In this document: in pieces, positions 30,971-39,818 of the stretch
How the letters are laid out: each line of letters begins with the position of its first letter
How positions within the stretch are numbered: position 1 is the first letter of the stretch
From: Acidimicrobiales bacterium
GTDB lineage: Bacteria > Actinomycetota > Acidimicrobiia > Acidimicrobiales > UBA8190
NCBI GenBank assembly: GCA_035509915.1
Contig: DATKIB010000172.1
Coordinates: forward strand, 609-64,608
Length of the DNA stretch: 64,000 bases
Direction of reading: 5' to 3'
Program-made: the position numbers and the translations under genes
Notes under the pieces: model-generated
What the model was told of the DNA's origin: nothing
The model's database searches: none
What the model saw: only the letters and a program-made list of their open reading frames with translations

Positions 30971-31447
30971 TCAGCTCACCATAGGAGGCTTCGCTCTGAC
31001 TGACGAGAACACGATCCCGATGAGGCCACGGACCATCGCGAGCGCGAAGTTCAACCAGTCGAAATAGTCCTTCCACCGCGTGATCTGGCCATCTCGAACA
31101 TCGAACCGCCCGCAAACCCAGATCTGAACTCGCATCGGTCCCCAGATGAGCACGTCGGTGCGTTCGGTGAGGACGATGGACCCGTTCTCCGAAATGCTGT
31201 GGAAGTAGACCTCGAAGCTAGATCCGTTGGCCTTTTCCATGGTCTTGAACACCCGACGCACGCGATCGCGACCACGGATCGTCGGCAAGGAGACGTTGAT
31301 GTAGTCGACATCTTCGTCTAAGAGGTCGACAGCTCCGTCGATTTCGCCCTTCGCCAGAAGCTCGAGGAACTGTGTGACCACGCTGGTTGGTGACGGCTGC
31401 TTGTCCATGCTCGCCGAGCGAGTGGTTTCGCGCTTCGAAGGGCTCAT
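30971..31447 (-). CDS. SnoaL-like / limonene-1,2-epoxide hydrolase-family protein
   Basis: VVTQFLELLAKGEIDGAVDLLDEDVDYINVSLPTIRGRDRVRRVF...VCGRFDVRDGQITRWKDYFD matches the LEH/NTF2-like pattern. It ends 2 nt before the Ddn-like start. Confidence 0.65.
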   Translation of the reverse strand: MSPSKRETTRSASMDKQPSPTSVVTQFLELLAKGEIDGAVDLLDEDVDYINVSLPTIRGRDRVRRVFKTMEKANGSSFEVYFHSISENGSIVLTERTDVLIWGPMRVQIWVCGRFDVRDGQITRWKDYFDWLNFALAMVRGLIGIVFSSVRAKPPMVS

Positions 31448-31619
31448 GGGTTGAACCTATCGCTTATCCCGAGGGATGGTTTAGAACCATGCGGCCCTGA
31501 TCCTGCGCAAGACGAAGAGTGGCTCCTGCAACGAGGGCAACAACGTGAATCCGCTGAATGTGTTCCAGTCGGTCAGCGGAACGGGGACGGTGAGCTTGTA
31601 ACCGTATCCGTGAACGGCG

Positions 31620-32063
31620 TCACGTTGCATCCGCAATGGCATCGAGCAGCTGTTGAGGAGGAACGGGCTTTGACAAGTGAGCGACGATTGTCGATCCGGC
31701 GCGGTGCCGAGTCTTGTCATCGAGTTCGTAGGCAGAGACGACCACGACCGCCGGGGGCTCGGAGAGCGCCGAGAGCAGAGAGGCACCGTCACGCCGGGGC
31801 ATCTTGAGGTCGAGCACCATGGCGTCGAACCGCATGGTGGTGAGCAGGCTGAGGGCGTCCTCACCGTCAGCAGCCTCAATCACGGTGTACCCAACTGTAC
31901 GGAGAATGTCGCTACAGGAGGACCGGACATCTTCGTTGTCCTCGACCACGAGCACGCTGACTTCGCTGGGATTCTGCAGGGTGCTCGATGAGACCGAAGA
32001 CCGGCGAGACCACTTGGGTGGTTGCCAGGCTCCTCGATCCAGTGTTCCGGTGGCTGCGCCCAT
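31620..32063 (-). CDS. Stand-alone response-regulator receiver domain (CheY-like), no output domain
   Basis: VLVVEDNEDVR (acidic pocket), MVLDLKMPRRDG (phospho-acceptor Asp), VVVVSAY, LSKP (conserved Lys). A paralog lies at 58623..59093. Confidence 0.8.
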   Translation of the reverse strand: MGAATGTLDRGAWQPPKWSRRSSVSSSTLQNPSEVSVLVVEDNEDVRSSCSDILRTVGYTVIEAADGEDALSLLTTMRFDAMVLDLKMPRRDGASLLSALSEPPAVVVVSAYELDDKTRHRAGSTIVAHLSKPVPPQQLLDAIADAT

Positions 32064-32621
32064 GCTTCCCGCCTCTCGTCCGCCCCGTCTCGATCAACGC
32101 TCGGTGATGCCCCACCTTGCGCTTGGCCGACAGGGGCTAGATCGCCCTCGAACCAATTGCCATCGGAGTGGATGGGCAGCCGGTGCCAGCCCTCGGGATC
32201 CAGGAGAGCACTCCTACCGCCACGCGATCGCGCCAAGACGACGGGTTCCATCAACGAAGAGCCAACTCAGTCTCACGCCTAGTAGGTGCCCGAACGCGCT
32301 GAGTTCGCTGACCTGAGCCTCACAACCCCGAGGACCGGGGCGAGGAGAGCCGATCATGCGAAGCCGACGAGCCGCTTGCCGCCACCGGCCTCCACTGGGC
32401 GAGGAGGCGATCTTCTGCCGGTTGGGTCTCCCTCCAACTCCGTGTCCGACTTGGCGAGATCGAAGCGTTTGTAGTGGCGTGCGGATGGAGTGGGGCCAAG
32501 TCATCGCCCCGCGCGTCGGGGTCATTCGGCATCGAGGCCTCCTCAACGCCTTTACGGATGCGAGTCGGACGTGAGCCGCCCGAACGGTGAAGGACTACCG
32601 TGGTTGCGTGAGAGGTCGCTC

Positions 32622-32780
32622 ATGATGAAACATGAAGGTTGTCCACAATGTGGCAGCAGCCAGGTGGATGAGTACACCCACTACGAATGCCCACCCGGCT
32701 CAGTGACCGAAGACCATCGCCATCTGGTGTGTGCCAACGCGGCGTGCGGGCACGAGTGGGTCGAGGCACTGTCCGAATGA
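32622..32780 (+). CDS. Possible 52-aa zinc-ribbon microprotein
   Basis: MMKHEGCPQCGSS...LVCANAACGHEW (CPxC ... CxxxxC). GAGAGG lies about 7 nt upstream of ATG 32622. No homolog recognised. Confidence 0.3.
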   Translation: MMKHEGCPQCGSSQVDEYTHYECPPGSVTEDHRHLVCANAACGHEWVEALSE

Positions 32781-32851
32781 CGGGTTGACGCTTCCACGGT
32801 GTCGTTATGCGCTCCCTGAACCCGTCATTCGACCGCCAATGACGGCGTAGT

Positions 32852-33496
32852 TCAGCCGGAGTGATCGGTGATCAAGTCCAACGCGGTATTCACGATCCAG
32901 GTCTCGATCTCGTCAGTGGGCCAGCCGTATTCACGGCCGAGGGTACGCCAGGTTGCTGGCAGAGACAGGAAGCTCAAGACGTCCCCGGCCCGAGCGGGGG
33001 ACATCGTTCTTGTCAGCACCCCGAGCGCTTCAAGCCTCTCCACCGCGATTCCACAGGCCCCGCGATGGATGACCAAACCCTCGTCCCATGCCTCAGTGGC
33101 GACAGGCTCGAAGGGCGCCGCCGACTCGATCGCGAACATCAGCTCGCCCGAGGTCTCCAGCAGACGCCTCACGCCCGCTGCGAGGCCGGAGATCACCTGG
33201 CGGGGTTCGCTGACTAGCTCGAAACGGGCTCGTACGTCCTCGGGCACCCCAGCGAGAATGGGGATCATCTTCCGCAGCTCGTCGAGGATCGCCGGCTTCG
33301 TGCCGACGCTCACATAGACGGTCGGCACCGCCACGCGTGCTGCGGCGGCGATGTCCGCAACCGTGGTCCTCGCGTAGCCGCGCTCGATGAAGAGCGCCCG
33401 TGCCGCGTCGAGGATCGCCTGGCGTGTCGCCTCGGCCTGTTCCTGCCTCCGCTCGGAGCGGTATTTGGCTCTTGACACCGCCTTAGCCCTAATCAT
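32852..33496 (-). CDS. TetR/AcrR-family transcriptional regulator
   Basis: N-terminal HTH ATRQAILDAARALFIERGYARTTVADIAAAARVAVPTVYVSVGTK. Divergent from a GT1 gene across a 41-bp spacer. Confidence 0.9.
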   Translation of the reverse strand: MIRAKAVSRAKYRSERRQEQAEATRQAILDAARALFIERGYARTTVADIAAAARVAVPTVYVSVGTKPAILDELRKMIPILAGVPEDVRARFELVSEPRQVISGLAAGVRRLLETSGELMFAIESAAPFEPVATEAWDEGLVIHRGACGIAVERLEALGVLTRTMSPARAGDVLSFLSLPATWRTLGREYGWPTDEIETWIVNTALDLITDHSG

Positions 33497-33537
33497 AGAT
33501 TATTGAATAGAGAGATCATATATCTAACGGGGGATCA
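33497..33537. promoter_or_regulatory. 41-bp AT-rich divergent control region between the TetR and GT1 genes
   Basis: AGATTATTGAATAGAGAGATCATATATCTAACGGGGGATCA has 14/41 G+C by hand count. TAGAT...ATCTA inverted 5-mers. GGGGGA RBS for the GT gene. The spacer is too short for two leaders, so the TetR transcript may be leaderless. Confidence 0.4.
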
Positions 33538-34848
33538 ATGTCGCGGTTCCTGTTTGCGACCTATCCGAGCCCAGGGCACGTCGGCCCGGCCGCTGCTGTC
33601 GTGGAGGAACTCACCGGCCGCGGCCACGAGGTCCGTTGGTACACGGGGCACCGTTTCGCTGAGGTCGTCGCCCAGGCCGGAGCGCGTCTGTGTGTCATGG
33701 CGGAGGCACTGGACTGGAACTACGAGGACCTCGACGCCATCTTTCCCCGCCGGGCCGAGCTCAAAGGCCTCAAGCAGAACCAGTTCGACTTGAGCGAGCT
33801 CTTCGTGCGACCTCTCCGCCAGCATCTAGCCGCGTTGAAGGCGCTTCTCGTGGAGGAACCGGCCGAGGTGTTCGTCTCACACACCATCTTCTACGGTGGC
33901 GGGTGGCTTCACGAGATGGGTGGACCGCCGAACGCGACGCTCGGCGATTCGTGCCTCGCGTACCCGAGCAGGGACGCCGCCCCCTACGGCATGGGGTTGG
34001 CGCCACGGAGCGGCTTCGTGGGCCATCTGCGCAACAGGGCTTTCGATGCGATCGGCCGAGCCACGGTGCTCGCCCCGGTGGCCAAGGCAGCGCGAGAGGT
34101 CCGTGGCGATCTCGGGCTTCCTCCGATTCCGATACGAGGCCTCGAGTTCGGCCTTTCGAAGTACCTGCACATCCAACTCTGTCCAGCCGGGTTCGAGTAT
34201 CCGCGGTCCGATCTCCCCCCCTTCGTCCACTTCGTCGGCGCTCCCCAGCCACCGATTCCGACCGAGTTCGATCCACCGAGCTGGTGGCCCAGGCTCCTCG
34301 ATTCCAAGCGTGTGGTCCTCGTGACCCAGGGGACCATCGCCACCGACCCGGCCAATCTGCTCGCCCCTGCCCTCGAAGGACTAGCCGGCCGTGACGTCTT
34401 CGTCATCGCCACGACGGGCGGCGCAGATCCTGCCGCTCTCGGGGACCCGCCTCCGAACGCGGTCGTAGAGAGGTTCGTGCCGTACGCTGCGCTCTTACCG
34501 CACGTCGATGTCATGGTCTCGAATGGCGGCTTCGGTTCTGTGCAATTGGCCATCACCCACGGGGTTCCTATGGTCGTCGCCGGCACAACCGAGGACAAGA
34601 AGGAAGTGACCGCCCACGTCGCCTGGTCGGGTGTCGGAATCAACATGCGCACGAACTGTCCGTCGCCCGAGGCGGTCGCCGAGGCCGTAGAGCGGGTGTT
34701 GAACGAATCGACATTCCGGGACCGGACGCTGGCATTGAAAGCACAGGTTGGGGACACGAACCCGGCTAAGAAGGCCGCCGACCTCCTGGAAGGTTTGGCA
34801 GGCAAAGCACCGACTGAGATCTCCCGCGAGCGGAGAGCGAACGCGTAA
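33538..34848 (+). CDS. Glycosyltransferase family 1, UDP-glycosyltransferase / macrolide-GT (MGT)-like
   Basis: N-terminal FLFATYPSPGHVGPAAAVVEELTGRGHEV, and the C-terminal nucleotide-sugar motif LLPHVDVMVSNGGFGSVQLAITHGVPMVVAGTTEDKKE. Confidence 0.85.
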   Translation: MSRFLFATYPSPGHVGPAAAVVEELTGRGHEVRWYTGHRFAEVVAQAGARLCVMAEALDWNYEDLDAIFPRRAELKGLKQNQFDLSELFVRPLRQHLAALKALLVEEPAEVFVSHTIFYGGGWLHEMGGPPNATLGDSCLAYPSRDAAPYGMGLAPRSGFVGHLRNRAFDAIGRATVLAPVAKAAREVRGDLGLPPIPIRGLEFGLSKYLHIQLCPAGFEYPRSDLPPFVHFVGAPQPPIPTEFDPPSWWPRLLDSKRVVLVTQGTIATDPANLLAPALEGLAGRDVFVIATTGGADPAALGDPPPNAVVERFVPYAALLPHVDVMVSNGGFGSVQLAITHGVPMVVAGTTEDKKEVTAHVAWSGVGINMRTNCPSPEAVAEAVERVLNESTFRDRTLALKAQVGDTNPAKKAADLLEGLAGKAPTEISRERRANA

Positions 34849-35053
34849 TCGGAGGTCCCGGGCGACGGTGTATCGGAATGTCGCGCCCTGAATGTGCCGA
34901 TTCCACTCAGACTGTAGAGGAGCAACCAACCGGAAATGACTGGCCAGGGTGATCTCGTGGCCCTGGGTCAAAGGTTGGCTCTCCACGCTGGTAGGTCGGA
35001 CTCGATCCCTAAACTGTTACCCGCCAAGGGAATAGCGAGGATTGGAAGTGACA

Positions 35054-35344
35054 ATGGAGTCTCAGGGCTTCGCCTGCGAACTAAATGGCATCGACCTCCA
35101 GAAGCGGTCCGCCGATTGGAAAACTCTTGCCGGTACTGTAAGGACGAAGCAGCGTATAGACAACGGCTTCCGAATCATCTATGGCATCGGGGCGGCTGAG
35201 GCTCTTCGCTCGCTTGTTGATGCGGAGCGTTCGTGCTGTAGCTGGGCGACCTGGGCCTGTCAATCGACGGATGAAGGCGAAGTACTTGAAGTAACTGGCC
35301 CAGCCGAGCAGGTAGATTCTCTGGCGAAGACGTTTGGTGTTTAA
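35054..35344 (+). CDS. Hypothetical small protein with an ERSCCSW motif
   Basis: 96 aa from ATG 35054, with GGAAG upstream. The LVDAERSCCSWATW Cys-Cys motif resembles an uncharacterised actinobacterial family. Confidence 0.4.
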   Translation: MESQGFACELNGIDLQKRSADWKTLAGTVRTKQRIDNGFRIIYGIGAAEALRSLVDAERSCCSWATWACQSTDEGEVLEVTGPAEQVDSLAKTFGV

Positions 35345-35472
35345 ACAGCGGCATCCGAGAATCGCCGTGGTGGTCGACCCGGTCGCCCGGCTGTCACTCT
35401 GCAGCCGGTCCGTGGTCGAGCAAACTTCCACCGGAAGTTCTACGCTCACCTCAGACCGGAAGGAGATCGTCC

Positions 35473-35766
35473 ATGGGGTTCGTCCAGATCATCGCGTACA
35501 ACACCTCCAAAGCCGCCGAGATGCAGGCCGTCGCCGACGAGTGGGAGAAGGCCACTCAAGGCAAGCGCAAGGCTCGTCGTCGGGTGCTATGTCAGGACCG
35601 AGACAATCCAGGGCGTTACTTCAACGTGGTCTTCTTCGACTCTTACGAAGAAGCGATGGAGAACTCCGCGTTCCCAGAGACCGATGCTCTGTCGAAGAAG
35701 ATGATGAGCTTTGCCGACGGCCCGGCCACGTTCTACAACCTCGACGTCGTCGACGACCGGGAGTAG
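35473..35766 (+). CDS. Hypothetical small protein (dimeric alpha/beta-barrel / ABM-like pattern)
   Basis: MGFVQIIAYNTSKAAEM...RRVLCQDRDNPGRYFNVVFFDSYEEAMENS. Strong RBS GGAAGGAG upstream. Confidence 0.55.
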   Translation: MGFVQIIAYNTSKAAEMQAVADEWEKATQGKRKARRRVLCQDRDNPGRYFNVVFFDSYEEAMENSAFPETDALSKKMMSFADGPATFYNLDVVDDRE

Positions 35767-35919
35767 TCGCGTCAGGAACCTAGGGAGAATGGACGATGGT
35801 TCGCGCCGTCACCCCATATTCCCAACCCTATGGGTGGCGGATGTGTCTCGTTGGCGGAGTGCCGTTCCTCATTCGAGGACGCAAAGGACCTGGCGCTACG
35901 GGACCCCTCAGTCTGATGC

Positions 35920-36372
35920 TCATTCTGCGGCGACCTTTAGCCTTGCAAGGGTGGACTCCATTCCCGCAAGCAATGCCCCTTCGCGCTTGCGCTCGCCGCC
36001 GAGCGGGAGGGCGCCTAGGCGACCAAGGAGCGTGTGACGGAGCGACTGAAACGCTTCGGTCACCATCGTCCCACCGTCTTCGGGAACGAAGGTGTAGCGC
36101 CACAGCGAGTAGCGCTTCTCCTGGCCGCCCATAATCCAAGAGAGCTCGCGGCCCCGGTCGGCGGCAACGATCTCCGAGGTGTTCGACCATTTGATCCAAC
36201 CCGAGCGGTTATAGCCACGGAGCCGCGCGCCCGGCTCGGCTTGCGCCGAACCTTCGAGCCACTCGCACCGGTAGCACTCCGGACTCCACTCGCCCATTCG
36301 GGTGATGTCCGCTACGAGGTCATAGATCACCTCGGGGGCTGCACAGATGTGAGCTGAAACGCTCCCGATCAC
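35920..36372 (-). CDS. SRPBCC (START/polyketide cyclase-like) family protein
   Basis: The last 150 aa of ORF 35920..36858: GSVSAHICAAPEVIYDLVADITRMGEWSPEC...WRYTFVPEDGGTMVTEAF. GTG start at 36372. Confidence 0.75.
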   Translation of the reverse strand: MIGSVSAHICAAPEVIYDLVADITRMGEWSPECYRCEWLEGSAQAEPGARLRGYNRSGWIKWSNTSEIVAADRGRELSWIMGGQEKRYSLWRYTFVPEDGGTMVTEAFQSLRHTLLGRLGALPLGGERKREGALLAGMESTLARLKVAAE

Positions 36373-36519
36373 AGGGAAGCAGGGTAGCGCTCGGAATGCC
36401 TCACGTGGTGCTCCGGGTCCGATAGGAACCTGCTGGAGTGCTTGGAGGTGCCGATGGGTAGGCCGAGATTGATCTCCGCCGCGCCCACAAGTGCGGCTCG
36501 TGGCTAACGTTTCCTTCTC

Positions 36520-37104
36520 GTGGGCGGCTTCGGCGTGCGGCGTTGGTGGCGGGGGATACCTGCTCAGAACCGCCGGTGGCTCATCGTCAACGCCATCGCG
36601 GGGACAGCTGTGATCAACTTCGTGGTAAACGCCGGTCTTGCCTGGCTCGGCACGCTTGGCCTCCACAAGGTGCCGGTGTGGTCGATCCCACTGCTGCAGA
36701 AGTCCTCGACTGCCGTCGACACTTTGGGCACGTTCTTTTTGCTTCCCGTGACGACGTGCCTCTTGTGCACACTGGCCGTGCGGACAGAGCAGCGCAGGCG
36801 CGGGCTCCCAGCAATAGATCAGATGTTCGTCGGGAGGGCGGCCCGACTGCCTCGTCACCCGCTCCGGCGGGGTGTCGTCCTGGGGGCGGCGACCGCAGTC
36901 GTCCTGTCACCGTTGGCTGGCGTGGCCCTAGTCGTCACCCACCTGGGCGATGTGACCACACGCGGCTTCATCCTTTACGCCGCCGTGTTGGGTGTAGCCC
37001 TCGGGTTGTTGGTGACTCCCTTGGTCGCACTCCTCGCTATGGCCGATCGAAGAGAGGCGGCTGCGACCGCAGATGGACCGTTGGCGTCGGCCCAACCAGC
37101 CTGA
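36520..37104 (+). CDS. Hypothetical integral membrane protein (about 4 TM)
   Basis: 194-aa ORF with alternating hydrophobic helices (LIVNAIAGTAVINFVVNAGLAWLG, LGTFFLLPVTTCLLCTLAV, VVLGAATAVVLSPLAGVALVV, ILYAAVLGVALGLLVTPLVALLA). Confidence 0.5.
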   Translation: MGGFGVRRWWRGIPAQNRRWLIVNAIAGTAVINFVVNAGLAWLGTLGLHKVPVWSIPLLQKSSTAVDTLGTFFLLPVTTCLLCTLAVRTEQRRRGLPAIDQMFVGRAARLPRHPLRRGVVLGAATAVVLSPLAGVALVVTHLGDVTTRGFILYAAVLGVALGLLVTPLVALLAMADRREAAATADGPLASAQPA

Positions 37105-37342
37105 GCTCACTCCTCTTCGACCTCACAGCTCTGAGCAGCTAAACCGCCTACACCTACCGCGCCGACTGCGTCGTGTCCGCTGATTCAGATAGCGACGGGG
37201 CGCCGATGGAATGTTGACCTCTGTAAGTCTGACAGCGGTGGCGTGCCTGTAAAAGGTCAACTGCCTGGCAGTCGGTGGCAACTTCCCGAACTTGGATATC
37301 AGAGGCCCGGCGGCGGGGGACTACAAAAGGCAAAATGTCGGC

Positions 37343-38701
37343 GTGGAAGAGCGGTCCCGCATCTACTACGCCAGGAACGCCGATGTCCACATCGCCTATC
37401 GGGTGCTTGGATCCGGCGCCGTCGACATGCTTTGGTACCCAGGTGCGCCGCTTCTGCCGATGGAGAGTGTCGATGACGAGCCCCATTTTCGTCGGCTCGA
37501 GCAAAGGCTTTCCTCCTTTGCCCGCGTAGTGCAGTTCGACGCCCGCGGGATTGGGTTGTCCGACCCAATGTCGCCGGCGGAGCCGCCCACCCTCGAACAG
37601 TGGGTCGAAGACGCCCTCTGCGTGCTCGATTCCACTGGCTGCGGGGAGGTAGTGGTGTTCGCGCCCCGCGACTCCGCTCTGCAGGCGGTCATGCTGGCCG
37701 CGTCGCATCCTCACCGAGTTGCCAAGCTGGTAATCGTGAACGGCTTCGCCCGCCTGAGGCGAGCGGAGGATTATCACGTGGGCATTCCCGATCACATCTT
37801 GGATGCGTTCGTGGAATCGAACATAGAGGGCTCTCCCGGTGATGAGCCGGGCGTCCCAGACGATTTCTTGACCGTCGCGGCTCCGACGGTCGCCAATGAC
37901 CCTGACTTCCGAGTCTGGTGGGAGCGCGCCGGGCGTCAGGGAGCCAGCCCGGCTACGGCCAAGGCCATCTTGACGGTCGGTTACGCCGCCGACGTCCGCT
38001 CCTTGCTTCCATCGGTCAGTGCTCCCACTCTGGTCCTGCACCGGCAGGACGAGCCCCTGTTTCGCATCGGACACGGCAAGTACCTGGCTGAGCACATACC
38101 CGATGCCAGATTCGTGGAACTGCCGGGCAACGACTCGCTGTACTGGGTGGGCGACATCGATTTGCTTCTCGAAGAAGTCGAAGAGTTCGCAACCGGTACC
38201 CGCCTCGCTCGACGACCAGAGACTGCCATTGCAACCATTCTGGTCACCGACATTGTCGGGTCCACCGAAACCATGGCGAAGGTGGGTCAGCAGAGTTGGC
38301 GCGACGTGCTCGACCGCCACGATGCAGCCGTCAGGCGCCAGCTTGAACGCTTTGGGGGCCATGAGGTGAAGACCACCGGGGACGGGTTCGTGTCCACTTT
38401 CGACGGTCCCGCCAGAGCTGTGACCTGTGCGCTCGCTGTTAGGGATGCAGCAACCCAGCTCGGTCTCGAGATCCGGGTTGGCGTGCATACCGGAGAGGTC
38501 GAGTTGCGCGGCGGCGACATCTCCGGCATGGCGGTGCACATTGCTGCCCGCGTCGAAGCCCTCGCTAGGCCGGGCGAAGTCCTTGTCTCGCGCACGGTGG
38601 TGGATCTCATCGTGGGATCGGGGACTGAGTTCAACGACCGCGGCGAACACGAACTGAAGGGGGTCCCGGGGTCGTGGAGGCTCTTTGCCGTGAAGGGCTG
38701 A
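37343..38701 (+). CDS. Class III adenylate/guanylate cyclase with an N-terminal alpha/beta-hydrolase-fold domain (LipJ/Rv1900c-like architecture)
   Basis: Hydrolase-like region VHIAYRVLGSG...FDARGIGLSDP, with no GxSxG (VVFAPRDSAL). Cyclase domain ILVTDIVGSTE, KTTGDGFVSTF, VGVHTGEVE, GMAVHIAARV. Start is GTG 37343 or TTG 37292. Confidence 0.85.
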   Translation: MEERSRIYYARNADVHIAYRVLGSGAVDMLWYPGAPLLPMESVDDEPHFRRLEQRLSSFARVVQFDARGIGLSDPMSPAEPPTLEQWVEDALCVLDSTGCGEVVVFAPRDSALQAVMLAASHPHRVAKLVIVNGFARLRRAEDYHVGIPDHILDAFVESNIEGSPGDEPGVPDDFLTVAAPTVANDPDFRVWWERAGRQGASPATAKAILTVGYAADVRSLLPSVSAPTLVLHRQDEPLFRIGHGKYLAEHIPDARFVELPGNDSLYWVGDIDLLLEEVEEFATGTRLARRPETAIATILVTDIVGSTETMAKVGQQSWRDVLDRHDAAVRRQLERFGGHEVKTTGDGFVSTFDGPARAVTCALAVRDAATQLGLEIRVGVHTGEVELRGGDISGMAVHIAARVEALARPGEVLVSRTVVDLIVGSGTEFNDRGEHELKGVPGSWRLFAVKG

Positions 38702-38813
38702 CCGCCTGCTAACGGCGCGGGCGAGCCCGCCCTCCTCCGTGCATGTTCGAGCGGCGAAGGCGGTCCCGATGAACGGGTCGACATGACGCGTCGACAAGCG
38801 GCAGGCTGCAGGG

Positions 38814-39164
38814 ATGACCATGGAGGTTCTCTTTGCCAGTGTGCCCGTAACAGCTCTACAAGCGTCGATGGGGTGGTATCAGCAGATCTTCGGGCGACCC
38901 GCCGACATCGTTCCCAACAAGAGCGAGGTCATGTGGTGCGTAGCTGGGAACGGCTGGCTTTACGTGATCGAGGACCCCGAACGCGCCGGACGGACCCTAG
39001 TGACCATATCGGTTACCGACCTGGATCAGTTCGTCGCCGATCTCGCTAGTCGGGGGATCAGCGCCGGGCCCGTCGAGGCCGTCGGTGATGCCGGGCGCAA
39101 GGCAAGCGTGGCGGATGCGGACGGAAACGTCATCAGTTGGATCCAGGTCGCCACGGGCAGCTAG
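38814..39164 (+). CDS. VOC (glyoxalase/bleomycin-resistance) family protein
   Basis: 116 aa; WYQQIFGRPADIVPNKSEVMW...GRKASVADADGNVISW is a typical VOC pattern. Confidence 0.75.
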   Translation: MTMEVLFASVPVTALQASMGWYQQIFGRPADIVPNKSEVMWCVAGNGWLYVIEDPERAGRTLVTISVTDLDQFVADLASRGISAGPVEAVGDAGRKASVADADGNVISWIQVATGS

Positions 39165-39218
39165 CGCCACCGTTTCCGCCGCTTTCGGCGGCCGCGAACG
39201 CTTCTGCGCCAAGATGCG

Positions 39219-39815
39219 GTGGTGACCATCCGAGGCAGTGCTCCACCCGTCGCGGCGCCCTTGGGTCCTGTCAAGACCACCCGGTTGGACCTTAGGGCCT
39301 TCATGCCGAGTGACCTCGACGAGCTCGCCGAAGTGTTCTCCCACCCTGAAGTGTGGCAGTTCCCCTACGGTCGCGCCTTCACCCGCCAAGAGACTCAGGC
39401 TTTTTTGGACCGCCAGCTGGAGGAATGGAGCGAGTGCGGGTTTGGCTGCTGGGTGGCGAGAGCGTTGGCCGATGGCCGCATCATCGGCTACGTCGGACTC
39501 TCGGTGCCGACCTTCCTTCCGGAGATCCTTCCCGCGGTAGAGGTCGGTTGGCGATTCGCTCCAACCTCCTGGGGACACGGCTATGCGACCGAAGGTGCGA
39601 CGGCTGCGCTGGATGAGGGGTTCACAACTTTGGGCCTAGAGCGGGTGTGTTCAGTGCCACAGTCCGACAACCCCCCGTCTGCTCGCGTGGCCGAACGGCT
39701 GGGCATGAAGCTCATGCGTGAGGTGGTCATTCCCGCCAACGAGCGCCGGAGCGAACTGCATGGCCTGCTGTACGAGATCGACCGACGAGACTGGCTCTAC
39801 CGCACACGATCCTGA
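39219..39815 (+). CDS. GNAT-family N-acetyltransferase (RimJ/RimL-like)
   Basis: TTRLDLRAFMPSDLDEL, GYVGLSVP, EVGWRFAPTSWGHGYATEGATAAL, NPPSARVAERLGM. Confidence 0.85.
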   Translation: MVTIRGSAPPVAAPLGPVKTTRLDLRAFMPSDLDELAEVFSHPEVWQFPYGRAFTRQETQAFLDRQLEEWSECGFGCWVARALADGRIIGYVGLSVPTFLPEILPAVEVGWRFAPTSWGHGYATEGATAALDEGFTTLGLERVCSVPQSDNPPSARVAERLGMKLMREVVIPANERRSELHGLLYEIDRRDWLYRTRS

Positions 39816-39818
39816 GCG

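Noticed and set aside
31481-31620. HGYGYKL in a minus-strand frame just downstream of the receiver gene, reminiscent of the OmpR winged-helix C-terminus (a possible frameshifted output domain).
   Set aside because: Only a 7-aa resemblance. The flanking translation shows no winged-helix features, and the paralog at 58623..59093 also ends right after the receiver domain.
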